Shown: positions 1 through 8,466 of the stretch, in pieces
How the letters are laid out: every line of letters starts with the position of its first letter
How positions within the stretch are numbered: the first letter of the stretch is position 1
Origin: Promethearchaeota archaeon
GTDB taxonomy: Archaea > Asgardarchaeota > Lokiarchaeia > Sigyniarchaeales > SOKP01
NCBI GenBank assembly: GCA_048940645.1
Contig: JBHLOI010000005.1
Coordinates: forward strand, 32,001-96,000
Length of the DNA stretch: 64,000 nt
Reading direction: 5' to 3'
Notes under the pieces: model-generated
Seen by the model: the letters and a program-made list of their open reading frames with translations, nothing else
Told to the model about the DNA's origin: nothing
Databases searched by the model: none
Program-made: the position numbers and the translations under genes

Positions 1-1
1 T

Positions 2-1267
2 GAAGAATCAAAAAAAGAAGTTAAGAACTTAATCGATGGTAAAAAGTCCAAGTACGCACTTTATAAGTGTACTACTTGTTTTTCATGTAACTTATATTGT
101 TCTCAGCATGCGAATCCATATCAGTTAATCCTTGAAAGATGGAATGAGCTATATAAAGAGCGAGGAGCTCCTCCATTATATCGATTTGTGTGTCCTACTA
201 TGGAATCCAATATTTGGCAACTTCTCAATGTGTTTCTATCAAATCAGGAAAGAAGATGGATTTACAAATGGATGCATTATATCCCAAAATCAAATGACAC
301 ACCCTTATTGATTGGAAACTATACCCACTTATTTCCATTTATAATTGGTGGAAGTAAGTTATTGGATTATTTCAAACCGATTGATAGAATTGACCAATGG
401 GAAGGCGGTGCTTACTTATATCAAGGTGGTTACTTAGATACTGTTCAAAGGATCGCTCAAAGAACAAAAAATGATTTTGATTCTTGGGGCGTTAAGAATA
501 TAGTCGCTTGCTTGGATGCTGTAGAGTATATATTTAAAGAAGTCCATCCTAAGGAGATGGGAGTGAATCACTCGCAAAATTTCATTAATTTTAATCAATG
601 GCTATTAGATAAAATAAATTCTGGAGAGTTAAACTTAATAAAACAGTTAAATCTAAGTGTTACTGTTCACGATAATTGCTATTCTAAGACTATAGAAGGT
701 CCTTATTGGGAAATTCCAAGAAAAATATTAAAAAAGTGTGGTTGTAAGTTAATTGAAATGATGCATAATAGGAAAGATTCGCTATGTTGCGGATTTGGCT
801 CTGGAGCATCTTGGGTTAAAAATTTATCAATCATTTTTGATATTATCACAGAAGGAATGAAAAAGTTTAAAGAAGCAGAAGAAACAGGGGCAAAAGCTTT
901 AATATCTTATTGTGGTGGCTGTATCTATTTATTATGGGCCACAAAAGAACTCTTAAGAAGTAAAATAGAAATTTTTCATGTTATAGAGGTTGTGAGGATG
1001 GCAATGGGAGAAAGATTGAATTATCCAAGAGATCATATTAGTAGAGCATGGGATATAATAGCAATAATGACCTATTCACTGCTTTTATCATTTTTTAATA
1101 AGAACTTCTATATAAAACAAATCACATATGATAAGGATTTAAGCACATTTAAACCAAAGAAATATAGGTTATTAAAAACCATTAGATATGTAATGGATTT
1201 TCCTCTAATGAAGAATATATTCGCAAAAGTTTTTCATTTATTGCGTGTAATCCTAAAATCTAAATGA
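2..1267 (+). CDS. HdrD/GlpC-like Fe-S oxidoreductase (CCG domain), 5'-partial
   Basis: The frame is open from position 2 and encodes CTTCFSCNLYC (4Fe-4S) upstream of the ORF-track start at 188. CCG-domain motifs HDNC, CCGFG and YCGGC follow. Confidence 0.8.
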   Translation, partial: EESKKEVKNLIDGKKSKYALYKCTTCFSCNLYCSQHANPYQLILERWNELYKERGAPPLYRFVCPTMESNIWQLLNVFLSNQERRWIYKWMHYIPKSNDTPLLIGNYTHLFPFIIGGSKLLDYFKPIDRIDQWEGGAYLYQGGYLDTVQRIAQRTKNDFDSWGVKNIVACLDAVEYIFKEVHPKEMGVNHSQNFINFNQWLLDKINSGELNLIKQLNLSVTVHDNCYSKTIEGPYWEIPRKILKKCGCKLIEMMHNRKDSLCCGFGSGASWVKNLSIIFDIITEGMKKFKEAEETGAKALISYCGGCIYLLWATKELLRSKIEIFHVIEVVRMAMGERLNYPRDHISRAWDIIAIMTYSLLLSFFNKNFYIKQITYDKDLSTFKPKKYRLLKTIRYVMDFPLMKNIFAKVFHLLRVILKSK

Positions 1268-1287
1268 AATGAAAAAGGAGAAATTAC

Positions 1288-1569
1288 ATGTTTATTCATA
1301 TGTCAATTCATTATCCGAAACCAGAAAAAGAACAGCTACTAATTGATTCTATGCATCGTTTTGGAAAAGCTATGGAAGGAAAAGCAGGGCTTATTGCAGC
1401 TCATACAACCAAGGATCAAGATACAGGTCGCCTTATTGGTCTTGCTATTTGGAATTCAAAAGAAGAATGGCTTGCTGCAAGACCTGCTATGATCGAAGCG
1501 GTCAAAGATGATCCTTTTGAAGATTGGGAAGAAAAACCACCCGAAGTTTATCATCTATCTAAAGTTTAA
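1288..1569 (+). CDS. Antibiotic biosynthesis monooxygenase (ABM)-like small protein
   Basis: 93 aa with the ABM pattern (HYPKPEKE...IGLAIWNSKEEW); AAGGAG ribosome-binding site upstream. Confidence 0.65.
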   Translation: MFIHMSIHYPKPEKEQLLIDSMHRFGKAMEGKAGLIAAHTTKDQDTGRLIGLAIWNSKEEWLAARPAMIEAVKDDPFEDWEEKPPEVYHLSKV

Positions 1570-1580
1570 AATGAGAATGT

Positions 1581-2633
1581 ATGGATTTTACTAATCCACG
1601 ATATTTGAAAAAAGCAATTTATCAAGAAATTATTAGTGAAAAAATTTCTCAATGTTTAACTTGTGAACGTAATTGTGAAATTTCAAATGGAAATTCAGGT
1701 TTTTGCCAAACACGTATCAATCTTAATGGAGAAATTTTTAGTATTGTTTATGGACTAATTCCTGCGCTATCTTTTAATCCAATAGAGAAGAAACCTTTAT
1801 ATCATTTTTATCCTGGAAGTGTTGCCATTACAATTGGAACATATGGCTGTAATTTTAGTTGTTTTTGGTGTCAAAATCATCATATTTCGCATCCAAAGAA
1901 AGCCATATCTAATATAGTTAAAAATTCAAAAGAATTCTTGTCTCCAGAAGAAGTAATTAAAATAGCAAAAAAGAATAACTGCCAAGGCACTTCAATTTCC
2001 TTTAATGAACCCACTTTACTTTTTGAATATTCATTAGAGGTCTTTAAATTAGCTAAAAAGGAAGGGCTTTACAACACATATGTTACTAATGGATATATGA
2101 CTGAAAAAGTACTAGAGGATTTAATCAAAAATGGTTTAGATGCAATGAATATAGATATAAAAGGAGAAGCAGATATGGTCAAAAGATATTGTGGAGCAGA
2201 TGTAGAAAAAGTATGGAGAAATTCAAAAATAGCTAAAGAATCTGGTGTTCATATCGAAATTACAACGTTATTGATTGAGAACTTAAATACAAATCAAGAG
2301 ATAATAAAGCGCATTGCACAGAGGATTTTAAATGATTTAGGTGATGATACACCTTTTCATTTAACACGGTTTTTTCCGCATTATAAATCTAATGAACATG
2401 AACTTTTTGACCCTACTCCAAAAAATCTTTTATCTCAATCCTATAAAACATCAAAAGAAGTTGGATTAAAGTTTGTTTATTTAGGAAACATACCTTATTC
2501 AGAATATGATAATACTTATTGTAATAAGTGTTCAAAATTAGTAATTGAGAGATCTGGTTTAGGAGTCAGGAAGTTATATTTGGATAATCATGGAAATTGT
2601 AAGTATTGTGGATCTTCCATATGCAAAATTTGA
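1581..2633 (+). CDS. amrS: AmmeMemoRadiSam system radical SAM enzyme
   Basis: N-terminal CLTCERNC..GFC, PIEKKPLYHFYPG, radical SAM motif CNFSCFWCQN, FNEP, RFFP and a C-terminal CxxC..CxxC. Confidence 0.88.
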   Translation: MDFTNPRYLKKAIYQEIISEKISQCLTCERNCEISNGNSGFCQTRINLNGEIFSIVYGLIPALSFNPIEKKPLYHFYPGSVAITIGTYGCNFSCFWCQNHHISHPKKAISNIVKNSKEFLSPEEVIKIAKKNNCQGTSISFNEPTLLFEYSLEVFKLAKKEGLYNTYVTNGYMTEKVLEDLIKNGLDAMNIDIKGEADMVKRYCGADVEKVWRNSKIAKESGVHIEITTLLIENLNTNQEIIKRIAQRILNDLGDDTPFHLTRFFPHYKSNEHELFDPTPKNLLSQSYKTSKEVGLKFVYLGNIPYSEYDNTYCNKCSKLVIERSGLGVRKLYLDNHGNCKYCGSSICKI

Positions 2634-2691
2634 TAATTTAATATATAGTGAGTAAAAACTCTTAATAAATTCATTAATATATTTAATCGTT

Positions 2692-3519
2692 ATGAATGAA
2701 AAATTCGCAGAAGTTAATGGAATAAATATCTGCTATGAAATCCTTGGTGAAGGATATCCTTTAATTTTAATTCACGGGTATGGTGGAACAAAAGAAATTT
2801 GGTTTGTAATGAAAAATAATTTAAGTAAACATTTTAAGCTAATTATTTTTGATAATCGTAGTGCTGGCAAATCTGATCATCTGAATGAACCAATTTCTAT
2901 GCAAATGTTTGCAGATGATGTAAAAGGATTAATGGATTATCTCAATATAAAGAAAGCACATATTGGAGGAGAGTCTCTTGGGGGTATGATCGCACAACAG
3001 TTTGTGTTAAATTATCCAGAGATGGTTAAAAAGTTGATATTAATCAATACACATTACTCTGGTGTTATGGGAGAAATTATCAAGAGAACAATTATTCAAA
3101 ATTTTGAATCCGGAAAATTAAATCCAGAAGAGGCTTTTTGGGAGAGAGCACAATTTGGATTTCATATAAGTTTCAGAAAGAAATTACAAACAGAGCCTAA
3201 AAAAAAATTTTTTGATACTTTTTCAGTTGAAGATTTAATTAGAATGGAAGCGGAAAATCCAGTAAGCATAAGTGATTTAGAAAACCAAGCTCATGCTTTC
3301 GAGAATTTTAATACTTTAGATAAACTAAATGGAATAAAAAGTCCTACCCTCTTAATTGCGGCTTCACATGATCGAATACTCCCCAATTCACAAATGAAGG
3401 AAATGCATGAAAAAATTCCAAATAGTACTCTCAAAATTCTTCAAAAAACGGGTCATTTTTCAACGACATCTAAAGCCCCCGAAATAGTTAAATTAATTCT
3501 AGATTTTTTAATAAGTTAA
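2692..3519 (+). CDS. Alpha/beta hydrolase (tandem copy 1)
   Basis: HGY oxyanion loop, DNRSAGKS, nucleophile elbow GESLG, acid residue in SHDR, His in TGHF. Confidence 0.9.
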   Translation: MNEKFAEVNGINICYEILGEGYPLILIHGYGGTKEIWFVMKNNLSKHFKLIIFDNRSAGKSDHLNEPISMQMFADDVKGLMDYLNIKKAHIGGESLGGMIAQQFVLNYPEMVKKLILINTHYSGVMGEIIKRTIIQNFESGKLNPEEAFWERAQFGFHISFRKKLQTEPKKKFFDTFSVEDLIRMEAENPVSISDLENQAHAFENFNTLDKLNGIKSPTLLIAASHDRILPNSQMKEMHEKIPNSTLKILQKTGHFSTTSKAPEIVKLILDFLIS

Positions 3520-3541
3520 TTGTCACCAAATGGTTTTATTT

Positions 3542-4378
3542 ATGGCAGAAGCTTTTGCTAAAGTAAATGGAATCAAAATTTGCTACGAAATCCACGGTGA
3601 AGGATATCCAGTTATTTTAATACATGGGTTTGGCTCTAGAAAGGAAAGTTGGATGGGCCAATTCCCGATTTTAAGTCAAAAATATAAAGTAATTAGATTC
3701 GATAATAGAGGAGCAGGGAAATCCGACCATCCTGATATGCCCTATACAATGGAGATATTTGTTGAAGATATTAGGGCTCTCATGGATTTTTTGGATATCA
3801 ACAATGCTCATTTTTTAGGATTTTCATTAGGCGGAACAATTTTGCAACATTTCACATTAAAATATCCAGAAAGAGTTAATAAACTTGTTCTAATTAATTC
3901 AATAGCAAAAATGCCTGAAGGCTATGGCCCAGATATGTTTATAAATTCTCATCTTAGAGGTTTGGAATTAATAAAAATAGATCCTGTAAAAGCTTTTTGG
4001 CATGGAGCTAAAACAGGATTTTATGTTAAATTTAGAAAAGAAATGGAATCGAATCCCAAAAAAAAATTCTACAATCTGTGGTCAGTAGAGGATCTAATTA
4101 ATTATTATAAAACCTTCTCACCCACACCTCAAGATATAAAAAATCTTGCTCATGCACTTACAACAATTAAAGCTTTTGAAAAATTAAGCGAGATTAAATG
4201 CAAAACTTTAGTTTTAACAGCTTCTCATGATAGATTAGTGCCAAAATCCATAATGTATGAGATTCATAAAAAACTACCTAATAGCATTTTTACAGTGATA
4301 GATAAAGCAGGACATGAATCTCCAAAAGAAAGAGCTCCAGAAGTAAATGAAGCAATTTTAAATTTCCTTGAAAATTAG
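3542..4378 (+). CDS. Alpha/beta hydrolase (tandem copy 2)
   Basis: HGF, DNRGAGKS, GFSLG, SHDR, AGHE. Start MAEAF chosen by alignment to paralogs (ORF track gives 3530). Confidence 0.9.
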   Translation: MAEAFAKVNGIKICYEIHGEGYPVILIHGFGSRKESWMGQFPILSQKYKVIRFDNRGAGKSDHPDMPYTMEIFVEDIRALMDFLDINNAHFLGFSLGGTILQHFTLKYPERVNKLVLINSIAKMPEGYGPDMFINSHLRGLELIKIDPVKAFWHGAKTGFYVKFRKEMESNPKKKFYNLWSVEDLINYYKTFSPTPQDIKNLAHALTTIKAFEKLSEIKCKTLVLTASHDRLVPKSIMYEIHKKLPNSIFTVIDKAGHESPKERAPEVNEAILNFLEN

Positions 4379-4453
4379 AATCTTAAATTGATAAAAGTAA
4401 CTTTTATTATTATAGAAAAATTGTACTTATTAAAATAAATTAAGGGAATTATA

Positions 4454-5305
4454 TTGACCGAAGCATTTGCTGATGCAAATGGGATAAAGCTATGTTATGA
4501 AATTCTTGGTGAAGGTTTTCCTGTTATTTTAGTCCATGGTTTTGGCGATAAGAAAGAACACTGGCGTGCTCAAGTTGGGGATTTATCTGATTATTTTAAA
4601 GTAATTAGGTTTGATAACCGAGGTGCAGGAAAATCAGAAAGACCCGATGGACCCTATTCAATGGAACTTTATGCAGATGATATTAATGCTTTAATGGATT
4701 ATTTGGAGATTGAAAAAGCTCATATTATAGGACATTCATTAGGGGGTATGATAGTACAGAACTTCATTCTTAAATATCCGCATAAGACTAGCAAAGTAAT
4801 ATTAATAAATACTCTTTCAGGAATAACCTTACCAGGAATCCCTAATGAAAAAGGGATAGAAATGTACAGAAAAAACGCTATCGCTAATCTTAACGAACTA
4901 ATGGAGGATCCAACTAATAAGTTTTTAGAAAGTGCAAAAAGAAGTTATTCTCGGTCATTTTGGAAATTAATGGTAGAGAACCCCCAAAAAAAATTTCATG
5001 GGATTTGGTCGGTTGAAGATTTAGTACAAGAAAAAATGAATAATCCTACTAGAATAAAAGATATAAATAATCAAGTAGAAGCTCTTAAAACGCATAATGT
5101 TTATGAAAAATTACCAACAATTGAAAATGAAGTTCTTATTCTGGCAGCAGAGAAAGATAAAACTTGCACCACAACTATGAACGAAAAAACTCATGAGCTT
5201 ATCCCAAATAGTAAATTAATAGTAATTGAAAAAGCAGCTCATCAATCTATTTTAGAAAAAGCTCCAGAAGTTAATAAATTGATAATTGAATTTTTAAAAA
5301 GTTAA
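4454..5305 (+). CDS. Alpha/beta hydrolase (tandem copy 3)
   Basis: TTG start; HGF, DNRGAGKS, GHSLG, EKDK, AAHQ. Confidence 0.9.
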   Translation: MTEAFADANGIKLCYEILGEGFPVILVHGFGDKKEHWRAQVGDLSDYFKVIRFDNRGAGKSERPDGPYSMELYADDINALMDYLEIEKAHIIGHSLGGMIVQNFILKYPHKTSKVILINTLSGITLPGIPNEKGIEMYRKNAIANLNELMEDPTNKFLESAKRSYSRSFWKLMVENPQKKFHGIWSVEDLVQEKMNNPTRIKDINNQVEALKTHNVYEKLPTIENEVLILAAEKDKTCTTTMNEKTHELIPNSKLIVIEKAAHQSILEKAPEVNKLIIEFLKS

Positions 5306-5318
5306 AAACAATATAAAT

Positions 5319-6155
5319 TTGACAGAATCTTATGTAACTGTTAATGGAGTAAAAATCTGCTATAAAATCCATGGAGAAGGATATCCAGTTGTTCTAATTC
5401 ATGGTTTTGGGCTACATAAAGAATTTTGGATAGCACAAATATCGGAATTAGAAAAATATTTTAAAGTGATTGCTTTAGATAATAGGGGATCTGGAAAATC
5501 AGATCACCCAAAAGAACCGTACAAATTAGAAAATCTTGCTAATGATGTAAAATGCCTTTTGGATGTATTGGATATTCAAAAAGCCCATGTAATTGGATGG
5601 GCAACTGGAGCAATGATCGCCCAATATTTAGTATTACAATATCCTATGCGTGTTAATAAACTTGTACTCATCGCAGCTCTTACAAAACTTCCTGTAGATA
5701 AATCTGGGCTTGAAATGTTTAAGAATAGTCAATTAGCGTTTCATAAAGAGAAACTGAAGGATCCTGAAAATGCATTTTTCGCAAAAATGAAACAAAGGTT
5801 TTCTCGAAAGTTTTATAAACGATTAGTTGAAAATTCAGATGTAAAATTTCATGGAATCTTTACTACAAATGACTTAATGGACCTTGTTTTTAAGGATTCT
5901 TCACAACCTCATGATATTGAAAATAGAATTAATGCCATAGCAGGATTAAACACAATTGATCAAATACACTGGATACAAAATGAAGTTTTAGTACTTGCTG
6001 CCGAGAAGGATAGAATATCTCCAAAAAGTGTAAGTGTAGAGTTAAATAACAAATTAAGGAGAAGTAACCTTATTGTGTTGGATGGAGGCCATTATTTTCC
6101 GTTAGAAAATGCTCCAGAAGTCAATAAATATATTATAGACTTTTTAAACAATTAA
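5319..6155 (+). CDS. Alpha/beta hydrolase fold protein lacking the Ser nucleophile (tandem copy 4)
   Basis: TTG start; HGF and DNRGSGKS present, the elbow reads GWATG, and Asp (EKDR) and His (GGHY) are retained. Confidence 0.88.
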   Translation: MTESYVTVNGVKICYKIHGEGYPVVLIHGFGLHKEFWIAQISELEKYFKVIALDNRGSGKSDHPKEPYKLENLANDVKCLLDVLDIQKAHVIGWATGAMIAQYLVLQYPMRVNKLVLIAALTKLPVDKSGLEMFKNSQLAFHKEKLKDPENAFFAKMKQRFSRKFYKRLVENSDVKFHGIFTTNDLMDLVFKDSSQPHDIENRINAIAGLNTIDQIHWIQNEVLVLAAEKDRISPKSVSVELNNKLRRSNLIVLDGGHYFPLENAPEVNKYIIDFLNN

Positions 6156-6218
6156 ATTTTATTTTAAGATATTCTTTCTTATTAATGAATAATTAATGTA
6201 TTTAGGTTGATGATAATT

Positions 6219-7058
6219 ATGGGTGAATTATTTGCTGATGTTAATGGAGCTAAAATATGTTATGAGATATTTGGAGAAGGAGAACCGTTTATTTTGTTAC
6301 ATGGTTTTGCTATGTATAAAGAATTCTGGATCACTCAAGTAAAAGGATTATCTGATAATTTTAAACTCATAATTCTTGATCTTCGAGGTTGTGGAAATTC
6401 AAGTCATCCAAAAGAAGCTTTCTACATGGAAACTCTAGCAGATGATGTTAAATGTTTGATGGATCACTTGAAAGTTGAAAAGGCACATCTCGCAGGACAT
6501 TCATTTGGAGGTATGGTTGCTCAACATTTCGCGTTGAAATATCCAAATAGATTAGGAAAATTAATTTTAATGTCAACATTTCCTAATTTACCATTAGATA
6601 AATCTGGACTTGATATGTATAAAAGAAGTCAATTAGAAAATTATGAAGCTAAGGAAAGGGATTCTACTAAAGCCTTCTATAATAAGATGAAACAAAGATT
6701 CACTCGAAGCTTTTACAAAGAAATAGTTGAGGATCCAAAGAAAAAATTTCATGGCCTCTTTTCGACAGAAAATCTAATCGAGTTGGAGAATTCTAAAGGG
6801 ACATCAAAGCCTCAAGACATTCTAAATCTAATAGAAGCTATAGTTAAACATGATACAGTTGATAAACTCCATGAAATTAAAAATGAAGTGCTAATCCTTG
6901 CGGGAGAAAAAGATAGAATTGTATCAAAAGTAGCTAGTAATGTACTTCATGATAAAATCCCAAATAGTACCCTAAAAATACTTAATGGAAGCCATTTCTT
7001 TCCTTTAGAACAAGCTCCTGAAGTTAATCAGATAATAATTGATTTTCTAATGAAATAA
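6219..7058 (+). CDS. Alpha/beta hydrolase (tandem copy 5)
   Basis: HGF, DLRGCGNS, GHSFG, EKDR, GSHF. Start MGELF chosen by paralog alignment (ORF track gives 6207). Confidence 0.9.
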   Translation: MGELFADVNGAKICYEIFGEGEPFILLHGFAMYKEFWITQVKGLSDNFKLIILDLRGCGNSSHPKEAFYMETLADDVKCLMDHLKVEKAHLAGHSFGGMVAQHFALKYPNRLGKLILMSTFPNLPLDKSGLDMYKRSQLENYEAKERDSTKAFYNKMKQRFTRSFYKEIVEDPKKKFHGLFSTENLIELENSKGTSKPQDILNLIEAIVKHDTVDKLHEIKNEVLILAGEKDRIVSKVASNVLHDKIPNSTLKILNGSHFFPLEQAPEVNQIIIDFLMK

Positions 7059-7095
7059 AGTCTCAACCCAATAGGTTAAAAGGTATTATATTTGA

Positions 7096-8343
7096 TTACA
7101 TTTTGGATGTTAATTCTGGGTTAGTTAATCTTTGCTTTTTCAATTCTATTTTTTCAAAACTCATTATAAAAGGAACTAAGGCTATTGAACCAATTACAAA
7201 ACTTAAGAAGAAGGGAGCAAAATAATTAAGCATAAAGGTACCAATTAATGGTCCTATTATTTGGGCAAAACTATCTAATCCAGATGAATAACCATTAATT
7301 TTTCCTTGTTCTCTTGGTGATACTGATTGACTAATTTTGCTATTCAACGGTCCTCGTGTTAAAGAGGCAGCAAAACTAATAAACAATATTAAGATGAAAA
7401 ACATAATAACAGAAACAGAAAAACCTACAATAAAAAATGAGACTAAGAATATACCTAATCCAACTAATATGGCATTATTTTCTCCTAATTTATTGATTGC
7501 AGGTTTAAATAGAGTAAATCTTATTGTAGCTCGAAAAATGCCAGAGATCATTAATAAAATCCCAATTTCAGGAGCCTCCATGCCAAACACAATTTCAGCA
7601 AAAAATGATAATGATGCCATTGCAATCATGAATGAAGCAGTATGAAATCCAAATAATGTTAAATAAAACATAGCAGCTTTATTTTTTCTAATTTTAATTA
7701 TAATCTTTGTTTTCATTTCATGATATTGTAGACGTTTCGATTTAGGCCAAGTTTCCTCTAATATAAAAATCGTTATTATTATAGTAAAAATAGACAATCC
7801 AGCAGCAAATAAACCAGGGAGTAGGATTCCACCAATACCGTATAACGTTCCCCCTAAACCTGGTCCAATAAGAGAAGCTAATACATGGGCCACTCCAATA
7901 TTTGCCATTTGAATACTTCTGTCTTTAGGGGGCACTTCATCACCAATAATAGCTTTTGCAATCGGAAAATTACCACCAAAAACTCCATCAACTATACGAG
8001 ATATAATAATCATCCAAATTGAATTAGAAAAAGCTAGTAACAAAAAACCTGCGCAAGTACCAACCTGTGAGATTAAAAGTAACGGCTTTCTTCCATATAT
8101 ATCACTTAATTTTCCTAATATTGGTCCAAAAATGAATGAAAACATAGCATTTACAGAGAGAATAATTCCCATGGGAAATATTTCTATATTAAAATCATAG
8201 GCAATAAAAGGTGCCATTGGTAAAATCATAGAAAAACCAATAATATCGATAAAAACAGCAATCCAGAGTGGAGTTAGCATTCGATATTTGAAAATTTTTC
8301 TATTATTTGATGATTTAATGTTATTTAGAGTTTTTTCATTCAT
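7096..8343 (-). CDS. MFS transporter (TetA/DHA1-like)
   Basis: About 12 hydrophobic segments, motif A GKLSDIYGRK, SRIVDG and DIIGFSMILP. Confidence 0.9.
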   Translation of the reverse strand: MNEKTLNNIKSSNNRKIFKYRMLTPLWIAVFIDIIGFSMILPMAPFIAYDFNIEIFPMGIILSVNAMFSFIFGPILGKLSDIYGRKPLLLISQVGTCAGFLLLAFSNSIWMIIISRIVDGVFGGNFPIAKAIIGDEVPPKDRSIQMANIGVAHVLASLIGPGLGGTLYGIGGILLPGLFAAGLSIFTIIITIFILEETWPKSKRLQYHEMKTKIIIKIRKNKAAMFYLTLFGFHTASFMIAMASLSFFAEIVFGMEAPEIGILLMISGIFRATIRFTLFKPAINKLGENNAILVGLGIFLVSFFIVGFSVSVIMFFILILFISFAASLTRGPLNSKISQSVSPREQGKINGYSSGLDSFAQIIGPLIGTFMLNYFAPFFLSFVIGSIALVPFIMSFEKIELKKQRLTNPELTSKM

Positions 8344-8466
8344 GAACCTTAATCCGAAAGTTGTTGAAAATAATTTCTAAGGTAAATACATAGAATATTA
8401 AATAAAATTGATTTTAATCTAAAAGATTTTTGATTATAAAAATTTAAGAATAAAGAAACCATTGAT

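Noticed and set aside
1581-2633. Complete AmmeMemoRadiSam system
   Set aside because: Only the radical SAM gene is present; no AMMECR1 or Memo genes are in the window.
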